NCBI GenBank assembly: GCA_039796015.1
Contig: JBDKKQ010000028.1
Span: 1 to 49,416, forward strand
Reading direction: 5' to 3'
DNA length: 49,416 bases
DNA from: Verrucomicrobiota bacterium
GTDB lineage: Bacteria; Verrucomicrobiota; Verrucomicrobiia; Limisphaerales; UBA9464
How positions within the stretch are numbered: position 1 is the stretch's first letter; each line of letters starts with the position of its first letter. The translations under genes were made by a program, and so were the position numbers. This document shows positions 27,052-35,371 of this stretch, piece after piece. Under the pieces are notes generated by a model that was not told the origin of the DNA, made no database searches, and saw only the letters and a program-made list of their open reading frames with translations.

Positions 27052-27942
27052 TTAGCGGCCCGTGCCGGGCGTCGGCGGGGTTGCCGGAAAGGTCGCGGCG
27101 GGCTCGGGCACGGTTAGGGTCTTTGCAGACGGCTCGGCCGGTTCAGCAGCCGCACCCTTGCCGGGGATCTTGAGTTTCTGACCGACGTTAATTTTGTCGC
27201 CAGTCAATCCGTTGGCGGTACGGATTGCTTTAGCGGTGGTTCCTTGCTTCTTGGCGATTTTGCTGAGGGTGTCGCCTCCTTTGACCGTATACGACGTGGT
27301 TGCGCCCGCCGTTTCGGGTTCGTGGGTCGAGATCGCTTTTGCCGCAGGGGTGGCGGCGGCCGAGGCAGCCGAGGCGGAGGCGCCAGCAGCAGGAATTTGG
27401 ATCGTCTGGCCCACCTTCAGCTTGCCCAGATCGACACTCGGGTTGGCATCCTTGAGGGCCTTGAGGGAGACTCCGTGGGTCTTGGCGATATTATAGGCGA
27501 TGTCGCCGCTCTTGATCTTGTACTCGGAGCCAACACCCGTGCTCTCGTGGGTCGTGGAACTGCCCGGGGCGACGGTGCCGAGTTCCGGGGGCGCGAAGGG
27601 TTGTGCCGGCGGGTTAGTGGTGACTGCAAGGTTACCCGGGAAAGTGACGGCACCCCCCGGAGGAGTGGCGACCGTGTTGGTGTCGAGACCGTGGGGCTGA
27701 ATGGGAGCGTTGGTGTCGATAGCCCCGGTTCCGGGTTGCACGGCTATATCCGTCTGGTTGGTGGCCGCAGGAGGCTCCGTGCTGGTGGTGGTACTCTCTT
27801 TGTTGCAGCCGTTGAGCAGAACCACCAGGAACACCGCCACATGGGCGCTGAAAATGAAGGCGGCGATGCTGAAGGTGGATTTGCTCTTGGCGGCCTGTTC
27901 CAGTTTGGAGCCAGGCAGCAGCGGGGAATTGGGGGTGCTCAT
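27052..27942 (-). CDS. membrane-anchored tandem-LysM peptidoglycan-binding protein
   Basis: The start is placed at ATG 27942 (MSTPNSPLL...). TM helix FSIAAFIFSAHVAVFLVVLL is followed by a Thr/Pro/Ala-rich linker. Two LysM domains: YKIKSGDIAYNIAKTHGVSLKALKDANPSVDLGKLKVGQTIQIP and YTVKGGDTLSKIAKKQGTTAKAIRTANGLTGDKINVGQKLKIP. The track ORF starts 50 codons earlier (28092); that extension looks non-protein-like. Confidence 0.75.
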   Translation of the reverse strand: MSTPNSPLLPGSKLEQAAKSKSTFSIAAFIFSAHVAVFLVVLLNGCNKESTTTSTEPPAATNQTDIAVQPGTGAIDTNAPIQPHGLDTNTVATPPGGAVTFPGNLAVTTNPPAQPFAPPELGTVAPGSSTTHESTGVGSEYKIKSGDIAYNIAKTHGVSLKALKDANPSVDLGKLKVGQTIQIPAAGASASAASAAATPAAKAISTHEPETAGATTSYTVKGGDTLSKIAKKQGTTAKAIRTANGLTGDKINVGQKLKIPGKGAAAEPAEPSAKTLTVPEPAATFPATPPTPGTGR

Positions 27943-28339
27943 GGGGTTAGGCGGATAGACGGTGCGTCGTGGGTCGAGGATTGGGTTTTGTCGGATCCGT
28001 ACCGAACCGGGTCCTCCACCCGGGTCGACACGAAAGTGAGTGCGGTCCTGATTGAGAGGACCGGGAAACGGTGAAGACCACCGCGTCCGCAATTGGGAAA
28101 AGATTCAGGTTGGCCCAGACTTGTGGGTGCGTCTGTCGGGATAGTGGATGAGTCTGGGTTTGCACGGATCACCGCGGCAATGCGGGATCGGGACCTGTTG
28201 AGAGCGCCGTGCACCGCTAATGAGATCTCAATTAAACAACCGAAACCGGGGTGATCAAGGAACATCCGGTTCGAGATGAAGATCGCTGATCCGGTGGGGC
28301 TGAAAAGACCGGTGTGGGCGTAGGTTGAGGTGTAGACAC

Positions 28340-29464
28340 TCATCGGATCTTGAGGGTGCTCAGCGCCAACACAGCGCACAGGATTCCTGCGATGTAGAAG
28401 CGAGTGACGATCTTCGATTCTTTCCATCCCTGCTTCTGAAAATGGTGGTGGAGAGGGGCCATCCGGAAGATGCGTCGGCCCTCCCCGTACTTGTGGCGTG
28501 TGTATTTGAACCAACCCACTTGCAGCATCACGCTGAGCGCTTCGGCCACAAAAACTCCGCCGGCGATGAGGAGGACGAGCGGTTGGTGAATCAGGACGGC
28601 CATGATTCCGAGTGCGCCGCCCAGGGCCAGCGATCCGGTGTCGCCCATGAAGACCTCGGCGGGATGACAGTTAAACCACAGGAAACCCAAAGAAGCACCG
28701 ATGAAGGCCGCGCAAACCACCGTCAGTTCGCTAGCGCCCCGAACGTGCGGAATTTGGAGGTAGGTAGCCAGCTTCACGTTGTCGGACAGGTAGGTCAGGA
28801 TCAGCATGGTCATGGCTACGATGAGGGTGCAGCCAATGGCCAACCCATCCATGCCATCGGTCAGGTTCACTGCGTTGGAACTACCAATGATGGTCAGTGC
28901 CACCAGCGGGATGCCTATCCAGGGGACGGAACGGAGAATGGGGTCTTTGAAGAATGGGATTTGGATGTCGGCCACTAGGGTGCGGGTGGAGGGGAGTTGC
29001 CACAGATAGACTCCGACCACCAGAGCGAGCACGATTTGCACGACCCACTTTACCCGGGATTGGGCACCCGCAGCATTCTGCCGCGAGACCTTCAGCCAAT
29101 CATCGTAAAACCCTAAAAAAGCCAATACCATCAACGAAAGCATGGTCAGCAGCACCAGTGTATTGGGTCGGGCCCAGAGGAATACGGAGATATCCAAGAC
29201 CAGCAGGATTAAAACACCACCCATGGTGGGTGTTCCTCGTTTGGCTAAGTCAGCCGCCGCTGCCGTGGCATCACTGGGATTGCGGACATCCTTGGGCTGG
29301 TAGTCTTGACGGAACTTGAGGTTCCGAAGCCCTTCGATCACCCGTGGGCCGAGGATCCAACTCAGCAGCAGAGCCGTGATGGCCGCGCCCGCGCTACGGA
29401 AGGTGACGTACTTGAACACCGTCCAGGGAACCACTGGGAACAATTCTGAGAGCTTGTAGAGCAT
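28340..29464 (-). CDS. mraY: phospho-N-acetylmuramoyl-pentapeptide transferase
   Basis: 374-aa polytopic protein with GTPTMGG, NAVNLTDGMDGLA, FMGDTGSLALGG and APLHHHF motifs. Confidence 0.93.
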   Translation of the reverse strand: MLYKLSELFPVVPWTVFKYVTFRSAGAAITALLLSWILGPRVIEGLRNLKFRQDYQPKDVRNPSDATAAAADLAKRGTPTMGGVLILLVLDISVFLWARPNTLVLLTMLSLMVLAFLGFYDDWLKVSRQNAAGAQSRVKWVVQIVLALVVGVYLWQLPSTRTLVADIQIPFFKDPILRSVPWIGIPLVALTIIGSSNAVNLTDGMDGLAIGCTLIVAMTMLILTYLSDNVKLATYLQIPHVRGASELTVVCAAFIGASLGFLWFNCHPAEVFMGDTGSLALGGALGIMAVLIHQPLVLLIAGGVFVAEALSVMLQVGWFKYTRHKYGEGRRIFRMAPLHHHFQKQGWKESKIVTRFYIAGILCAVLALSTLKIR

Positions 29465-29470
29465 GCCGGG

Positions 29471-30862
29471 TTAGTGGTTTTCGATGCTTTCGACTTTGAG
29501 CGCCTCGAAAAGCCGTTCCAGACGGCTGCTGCGAGACGCCTTGGCCAAGACACAGTCTCCCGGTTGGAGGAGGGGGCGGAGCGCAAGGATGGCCCGTTCT
29601 ACGTCGGGAAATACCAGGACCTGAGGCATGCCGCTGGCACCGTTGGCGGTGTGGGCAGCTGAGTGGCCGATGCAGACCAGCAAATCTATACCCAGACGAT
29701 AGGCGGCGGCTCCGACCTCCCGGTGAGCCTCAGCGGTGTGATCGCCGAGTTCGGCCATGTCACCGAGCACGGCCACCCGACGTCCGGTGCAGGGCAGTTC
29801 GGAGAGGGTCTGGAGCGAGGCTAATGTTGAGTCGGTGTTGGCGTTGTAGGTGTCGTCTAACCAACGGATCCCTCGCTGCTCCGACCATTGGAGACGTTGT
29901 TTAGCTCCGGAAAACTGCGACAAGGCTTTCCGCGCCGCTTCGGGTTGGACCCGCAGTTCGGCGGCGGCCGCTAGGGCTAAAATGGCATTGGAGACCATGT
30001 GCCGGCCGGGGACCGCGATTTCGAACACGCCGCACCAGCCTGGCTCCGGGGCGGTGACCTCGAAGCGGGTCGAGTTCCAGTCGTTGCCCAGTATTCGGGC
30101 CTGCCAATCGTTCCCGGCATCGAATCCGGTGCGCACCACTCGGGCCGAAGTGCGAGAGGCCAGCGTTCGGGCTGCGTTGCAGTCCCCGTTCAGAAATAGG
30201 ACGCCGTCGGCGGGTAAGCCCTCGCCGAGGGCGCTCTCTTCGGCGATGACTCCATCGATGTCACCGAAGTGCTCCAAGTGTTCGCGCCCGATTTGCGGCA
30301 CCACACCGTAGCGAGGGTCGATCAGACGCACCAACGGAGCCAGTTCGCCAGGATGATTAGTGCCCGCCTCTAGGACCGCCGCCCGATGCGACCCATCCAA
30401 CTCGAGAAGGCTCAAGGGCACGCCAACGTCATTGTTAAAGCTGGCCTGGGATCGGAGGGTGGGAAACGTTGTTTGGAGCAGGGCTGCTAGCAGTTCCTTG
30501 GTGGTCGTCTTGCCGTTGGATCCCGCCACGCAGAACACGGGCAGTGAGAACTGCTTGCGGTGGGCCGCGGCGATGAGTCCCAGGGCTTCGCGAGTATCTC
30601 GCACGCTGACGGCCGGCATTCCTGGTGGAACGTCAGAGAGACGAGCCTGAGAGACTACGACCGCTGAGGCTTTTTCGAGTTCGGGATCTTTGAGGAAATC
30701 GTGCCCGTCAAATCGTTCGCCGCACAGGGCCAGGAACACGTTGCCAGCCCGAAGGCGACGCGAGTCGGTGCAAACCCCGGAAACTCGGACACAGCCAGCC
30801 TCTTCAGGGTGAAAGGTCCCCTGGGATGCTTCAGCGATGAATTGGAGTGTCACCGGTTCCAT
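29471..30862 (-). CDS. murF: UDP-N-acetylmuramoyl-tripeptide--D-alanyl-D-alanine ligase
   Basis: Intact Mur-ligase P-loop VAGSNGKTTTKE. Also LEAGTNHPGE, DDTYNANTDS and VLGDMAELG. The ATG overlaps the upstream stop by 1 nt (TAATG at 30860-30864). Confidence 0.9.
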   Translation of the reverse strand: MEPVTLQFIAEASQGTFHPEEAGCVRVSGVCTDSRRLRAGNVFLALCGERFDGHDFLKDPELEKASAVVVSQARLSDVPPGMPAVSVRDTREALGLIAAAHRKQFSLPVFCVAGSNGKTTTKELLAALLQTTFPTLRSQASFNNDVGVPLSLLELDGSHRAAVLEAGTNHPGELAPLVRLIDPRYGVVPQIGREHLEHFGDIDGVIAEESALGEGLPADGVLFLNGDCNAARTLASRTSARVVRTGFDAGNDWQARILGNDWNSTRFEVTAPEPGWCGVFEIAVPGRHMVSNAILALAAAAELRVQPEAARKALSQFSGAKQRLQWSEQRGIRWLDDTYNANTDSTLASLQTLSELPCTGRRVAVLGDMAELGDHTAEAHREVGAAAYRLGIDLLVCIGHSAAHTANGASGMPQVLVFPDVERAILALRPLLQPGDCVLAKASRSSRLERLFEALKVESIENH

Positions 30863-31614
30863 TATTGCAGTGCGTAGCTTGCATTCACCACGGCGGTGAC
30901 CGTTTTTTCCCGGGAGGTGTTGTCGTTCATTCCGTCCCAGGTGTTCTGGGTCGAATACAGTGGGGTCACTTGGAAGACGCCCATCTTGGCTGAGCGCATC
31001 CGGGCGATGGATCGTCCGCCTTGGGAGACGATTTGCTCGGCTCGGGCGCGGGCATCGCGGGCTGCATCGGCCAGCATTTCAATTTTGGCCTCACCGGCTT
31101 TGGTCCAAATAAATTCCGGGGAGGAGGAAGCGAATTCGATGCCCTGATTGACCAGTTCAGAGGTCTTGGCATCCATGCTCAGGACGGCGTCGATGTCACC
31201 GGAGCGCACTTCGATGGTGCGGCTGAGGCGGAATCGGACCGTGGGACTCCCGGTCTCGCTGTCAGCCTCGCTGGTTTGTTTGCTGGAGCGGACCTGGATG
31301 CGCTGGATGGCGACCGGATGGAACTGGGCGTTGGTGACGCCCTGGGCAGTGAGAAACTTGCGTGTGATGCTCTCCTGTTGACCGAGGACTGCTTGCGAGG
31401 CCAGAAGCGTGGGGCTTTCGACGGTGAGAGAACCACGCCAGATGACCAAGTCCGAACTCACGTTACGACGGGCCGATCCGGTGACGGATATCGATTCGGC
31501 GTCGGCCACTTTGAGCCAGGTCCGAGTGAGGAGTGTTGTAGAAACGATCAGTCCCGAGGCCAGAAAGAGGCCGGCTAAAACACCGAGAAGATGAGGTTTT
31601 GGTAGGGGTGTCAT
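30862..31614 (-). CDS. SIMPL / DUF541 family protein (membrane-anchored periplasmic)
   Basis: 250-aa ORF with N-terminal TM LLGVLAGLFLASGLIVSTTLL. It has the SIMPL-like layout ISVTGSARRNVSSDLVIWRGSL...AARDARARAEQIVSQGGRSIARMRSAKMGVFQV. Both ends overlap neighbouring genes (31611-31614 and 30862). Confidence 0.7.
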   Translation of the reverse strand: MTPLPKPHLLGVLAGLFLASGLIVSTTLLTRTWLKVADAESISVTGSARRNVSSDLVIWRGSLTVESPTLLASQAVLGQQESITRKFLTAQGVTNAQFHPVAIQRIQVRSSKQTSEADSETGSPTVRFRLSRTIEVRSGDIDAVLSMDAKTSELVNQGIEFASSSPEFIWTKAGEAKIEMLADAARDARARAEQIVSQGGRSIARMRSAKMGVFQVTPLYSTQNTWDGMNDNTSREKTVTAVVNASYALQ

Positions 31615-32801
31615 AGTGAATCTCCCACCCAGCCTCGCCCAGCCAATGCATCTCGAGCATGCAACCGATCGTCCCAGGGTATGACAGCGCTACCAATTTC
31701 CTGGAGGGGGCGGCTTCCCTTGCCTGCGATGAGCACGAGATCGTCGGATTTGGCTCGGCGGACAGCGGTCGCGATGGCGGCGTGACGGTCGGGTTCTTCG
31801 AGGGCTCCACCACCCAGACCTGCTTGGAGATCTCTCAGGATGGAGTCCACCGGCACATGACGTGGATTGTCGCTGGTGAAGACCACTTCGTCAGCCGCTG
31901 CCGCCGCCGCCCCCAAGGCTTGTCGCTCTTCAGGGGTTGAATTGCCGTGAATGCCGGTCACGAGCACAATGCGACGACCTGACAGGGTGCGTGCCTCGGC
32001 CAGGAGTTCAGCCAGGTCGGCGGCGCAGGAGGCTCGGTCCACGAAGACGCCATACGGTTGTCCGGCATGGACGGGTTCGAGAAGCCCGGTCGGGGGATCC
32101 AGAGAGGGGAGCGTGGCGAGGGTTCGTGTTGGGCAGCAGCCCGCGTGGATGACCCGGTTGAGTGCCAGATCAAGGGCCAGGAGGTTCGATCCGCCGACGA
32201 GTGGTAGGTGTGCGGTCCGAGGGGTGCCGTCTTGGGAAAACACCTGCAGGCGGCTGCCGCGCCAATGCAGCGCCTGTGCCTGGATCCAGGCACGTGGAGA
32301 CGTCGGTGGTTGGAGGTGCGACCGGGGTGAAATGCCGGCGAGAAGCTCTCGAATTTCGGAGTCTTCTTCAATGATCAGGCAGTCTCCACCCGATCGGACA
32401 TGGGTCGCCAAGAGGCGTTCCCACTCAAAGGCCTCGCTGATCTTGGGTCGATGAGGGAAGAGTCGACCCGCCATAAGCCCCCCTTCTGGAGTGAGCAGGG
32501 CCGAACGACGCCCCGCCCCGCTGAGCAGGGCGTGGACGAACGAGGCGGTGGCCGCTGAGACGCGTCCGTGACGGGCAATCCTGCACAAATCCAGACGTTG
32601 CAGGGGGTGGTCTCGGAGGGAGGTCGAGACCGGTTGAGAAAGGGGCTCTGGCGAGGCGACCTTGCGGGAGGGGCTGGATCGGCGGAACCGCGTCGGCTCG
32701 CTGGTGCCGAGGGCCGGGTGCCTCGGTCGACACGCTGCAAGAGTCGCCTCTGCCGTCAAAGACGCAGGCGCAGTCTGGAGCATGAGTTCAGCGGTCAGCA
32801 T
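31611..32801 (-). CDS. MurE-like Mur-ligase homolog with degenerate catalytic motifs (possible pseudoenzyme or decaying gene)
   Basis: It occupies the syntenic murE slot between ftsI and murF. MurE-type C-terminal motifs are retained: VFTSDNPRHVP (DNPR), LVLIAGKGSRP, VGGSNLLALDLAL. The P-loop position reads IARHGRVSAATA instead of G-T-N-G-K-T-T. The protein is 396 aa, short for MurE (~480-500 aa). See findings. Confidence 0.6.
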   Translation of the reverse strand: MLTAELMLQTAPASLTAEATLAACRPRHPALGTSEPTRFRRSSPSRKVASPEPLSQPVSTSLRDHPLQRLDLCRIARHGRVSAATASFVHALLSGAGRRSALLTPEGGLMAGRLFPHRPKISEAFEWERLLATHVRSGGDCLIIEEDSEIRELLAGISPRSHLQPPTSPRAWIQAQALHWRGSRLQVFSQDGTPRTAHLPLVGGSNLLALDLALNRVIHAGCCPTRTLATLPSLDPPTGLLEPVHAGQPYGVFVDRASCAADLAELLAEARTLSGRRIVLVTGIHGNSTPEERQALGAAAAAADEVVFTSDNPRHVPVDSILRDLQAGLGGGALEEPDRHAAIATAVRRAKSDDLVLIAGKGSRPLQEIGSAVIPWDDRLHARDALAGRGWVGDSL

Positions 32802-32803
32802 GG

Positions 32804-34969
32804 TCAGTGACGCGGGAGGGCGGGGCGATCGGTCGCCGCTTCATGAGCGACCAAGACGGGTGAGGGAGGGATTGTCAGATAGCTTGCGGCCTCGCGGGAG
32901 ATCTCTTTGAAGACCGGCACACAGGCGGCTCCATAGGCGGCCCGACCGTCCGACCCAGTGGGTTCGTCGGCGCATACCAGCAGGCAGATCTGAGGGTTCT
33001 CAGCGGGGAGGAATCCAACAAAGGTGCTGAAATGGGCGGTGACGCCGGCAGCCATGTGGGCCTGGGTCATCTTGTTGGCCGTGCCAGTCTTGCCGGCGAC
33101 GGTATACTCACTGAGAGCGGCATCCTTACCCGTGCCTTTGGAACTCACTACTGCTGTCAGGAGTTGCACCAGTTGTTTGGCCGTGTCGGAGCGTACCACT
33201 CTGCCGACCTGACGCGGGGCCAGATTGCGAATGACGCTGCCCGAGGGGCTCTCCACGGACTTCACCAGCATGGGTTCCATGAGGATGCCGTCGTTGGCCA
33301 CGGCGGCGTAGGCCATGGTGATCTGGAGCGGCGTCGCGTAAATACCGTAGCCGTAAGAAAGGATGAGCTGAGTGCCTAGGCCGTCCCAAGCCGGGATTCG
33401 CGTGTTGGGCTCTCCTCCGCAGAGGATGCCGGTCCGTCGGGTGAATCCGTAGGCCTCGGCGTACTTGACCAACGCAGTGGCTCGCGGCGGAGCAGCAGAA
33501 TCCCAAAGGGCGTACCCGAGCTTGGCTGCACCCACGTTGGAGGATGCGGCGAAGGCTTCTTCCAAGGTGACCGTGTGCAGCTTGTGACCACGCGCATCGG
33601 CGATGGGCTTTCTGCGTCCGGCAGGGGGGCGCCAAGATCCGCCCTCGCAGTCGATAAGAGAACTTGGGGAGAGGTTGCGTCCTGGAAGTGATTCTAGGGC
33701 GGCCGAGTAGGTGACCAGCTTGAAAGTAGATCCAGGCTCGACCAACTCAGACACTGCGTGGTTGCGATGCTGCGGTTTGCGCGGGCCGCTAGGCTGTATT
33801 GGTGAACCGGGTTGTCGGGCTGGTGAGTAGTCTGGATCCGTGGCGTTGGCCAGGGCCAGAATCTCACCGGTCGATGGGCGGACCAGGATGGCTGACATCC
33901 AGTTGGGCTTCAGCTTGGCCATGCCTTGGCGCAATGCGTTCTCTGCAACGTATTGGAGATTGGCGTCGATGGTCAGCCGGACATTCGCGCCGGGTTGCGC
34001 CACGAGGTCCAGTTCTCGGGTGCCAGCCAATTCACGGCCTTTGCCTCGTCGGATAATCGCCTGACCAGCAACCCCCTGGAGCTCGTCGTTGAACTGCCGC
34101 TCAATACCGTCGGCGCCATGGATCTCGGGCGGCAATTCTCGGGTGCGGACGCGAATGCGGTTGGTGGCTGTCCGGTATTCTACGATCGGGATCAACCCGT
34201 TGGTTGTGGTTCCCAGAACGGGTAATGCGAGTTCGCCGTGCGGCATCACGCGACGCTCCATGATTTCGGCGGTGATTCCGTTTTCGCGAACCTCCCTCAA
34301 TTGGGGTTGGATCCGCTTCATGGCCAGATTGATTTCCCGGTTGTCCCGGGCGATCTCTTTACGAAAGCGATATCGCCTCGGCAAATCCCACCAGGCGATG
34401 GGAGCACTGTTGGTTCGTCGGCGAGCCACCGCGCTCGAAGCTGCCATCAGTAGGCGTTCCTCCGGGGATCGGAACACCTTCAAATTGGTGTGGACCCGGG
34501 TCCAGTCCACAAAGGATAGGTTGGAGGCCACCAGAACACTTTGGTTGGTGTGCAGCACTTGCACCCATTGGGTAGCGACCAGACCGGCGGAGTTGGTGCT
34601 GGCATCGGGTTTCCAGCGCAGTTCGGGTCGAATCCTGAGGCGATCTTCCAGGACCGTCGCCGGAATGGACAGCAGCGGTGAGAGCAGGGCCGCCAAGTGT
34701 GCGGCTTGATTGCTAATCACCACTGGATTGGCGCGGAGGTTGTACGTGAACTGTGAATAGGTCAGGCGTTCGCCGCGACGATCGAGGAGTTCACCACGGG
34801 GTGCCGGAACGTACGTGGTGCGGGCTGGGGAGGCGCCCAATGTGTAGCGGGGGGAATCGGGACGGAATCCCTGAATGTACACCAATCTCCCAGCCAACCC
34901 GATGAACACGACACAGAACAGGACGGTCAGTCCGGTCAATGTCTTGTCGGGGGTGGACGGGGTGTTCAT
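32804..34969 (-). CDS. ftsI: class B penicillin-binding protein (division transpeptidase FtsI/PBP3-like)
   Basis: 721-aa ORF with an N-terminal TM anchor, a PBP dimerisation region and transpeptidase motifs S-x-x-K (GSTFKLV), S-x-N (ASSNVG) and K-T-G (AGKTGTA). Synteny ftsL-ftsI-murE. Confidence 0.9.
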   Translation of the reverse strand: MNTPSTPDKTLTGLTVLFCVVFIGLAGRLVYIQGFRPDSPRYTLGASPARTTYVPAPRGELLDRRGERLTYSQFTYNLRANPVVISNQAAHLAALLSPLLSIPATVLEDRLRIRPELRWKPDASTNSAGLVATQWVQVLHTNQSVLVASNLSFVDWTRVHTNLKVFRSPEERLLMAASSAVARRRTNSAPIAWWDLPRRYRFRKEIARDNREINLAMKRIQPQLREVRENGITAEIMERRVMPHGELALPVLGTTTNGLIPIVEYRTATNRIRVRTRELPPEIHGADGIERQFNDELQGVAGQAIIRRGKGRELAGTRELDLVAQPGANVRLTIDANLQYVAENALRQGMAKLKPNWMSAILVRPSTGEILALANATDPDYSPARQPGSPIQPSGPRKPQHRNHAVSELVEPGSTFKLVTYSAALESLPGRNLSPSSLIDCEGGSWRPPAGRRKPIADARGHKLHTVTLEEAFAASSNVGAAKLGYALWDSAAPPRATALVKYAEAYGFTRRTGILCGGEPNTRIPAWDGLGTQLILSYGYGIYATPLQITMAYAAVANDGILMEPMLVKSVESPSGSVIRNLAPRQVGRVVRSDTAKQLVQLLTAVVSSKGTGKDAALSEYTVAGKTGTANKMTQAHMAAGVTAHFSTFVGFLPAENPQICLLVCADEPTGSDGRAAYGAACVPVFKEISREAASYLTIPPSPVLVAHEAATDRPALPRH

Positions 34970-34978
34970 GCGGTGGAT

Positions 34979-35371
34979 TCAGCGGGGGATGGCTACAGCC
35001 AAAGGGGGCGCAGGAGCGGTGGGATGGGTGTTGTTGCGGGTGAGTTCCGAATTGGGGGCGCTGCCCAGAGACTGGTTGGTCACGTGGATGACCTGGCGGT
35101 AGGCGATGTTGGTCAATCCCAGTCGGAGCTCCTGAATACGGCGGATGAGCGCGGGTCGGGGGAGGAGTTTTTCGATTTCCTGCTGGTCCCGCCCGATAGA
35201 TCGCTCGAGCGCTGTGCATTGGGTGCGGATCTGGCTGATCTGGTCTTGAAGCCGCTGATGGGCACGGCTTTGGAGAATCCACAAGAACCCTAGTGTCCCG
35301 ATGAGTGCGGAACCCAGGAGCGCTCGCACGATCGTGCCGAGTCGGATTTCGGAACGTTTTTTTGTACTCAT
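34979..35371 (-). CDS. ftsL: FtsL-like small bitopic division protein
   Basis: 130-aa ORF. A basic N-terminus is followed by a single TM (ALLGSALIGTLGFLWIL) and a coiled-coil-like segment (HQRLQDQISQIRTQCTALERSIGRDQQEIEKL). The start overlaps the rsmH stop (ATGA at 35368-35371). The call rests on position and architecture, not sequence similarity. Confidence 0.6.
   Translation of the reverse strand: MSTKKRSEIRLGTIVRALLGSALIGTLGFLWILQSRAHQRLQDQISQIRTQCTALERSIGRDQQEIEKLLPRPALIRRIQELRLGLTNIAYRQVIHVTNQSLGSAPNSELTRNNTHPTAPAPPLAVAIPR

Noticed and set aside
27939-28514. 191-codon minus-strand ORF spanning the mraY-LysM spacer, checked as a possible murD remnant.
   Set aside because: More than a third of it overlaps mraY in another frame. 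The translation contains no Mur-ligase motif (no GxxGK[ST] P-loop, no MurD N-terminal GLGxSG), so it gives no support for a murD pseudogene.
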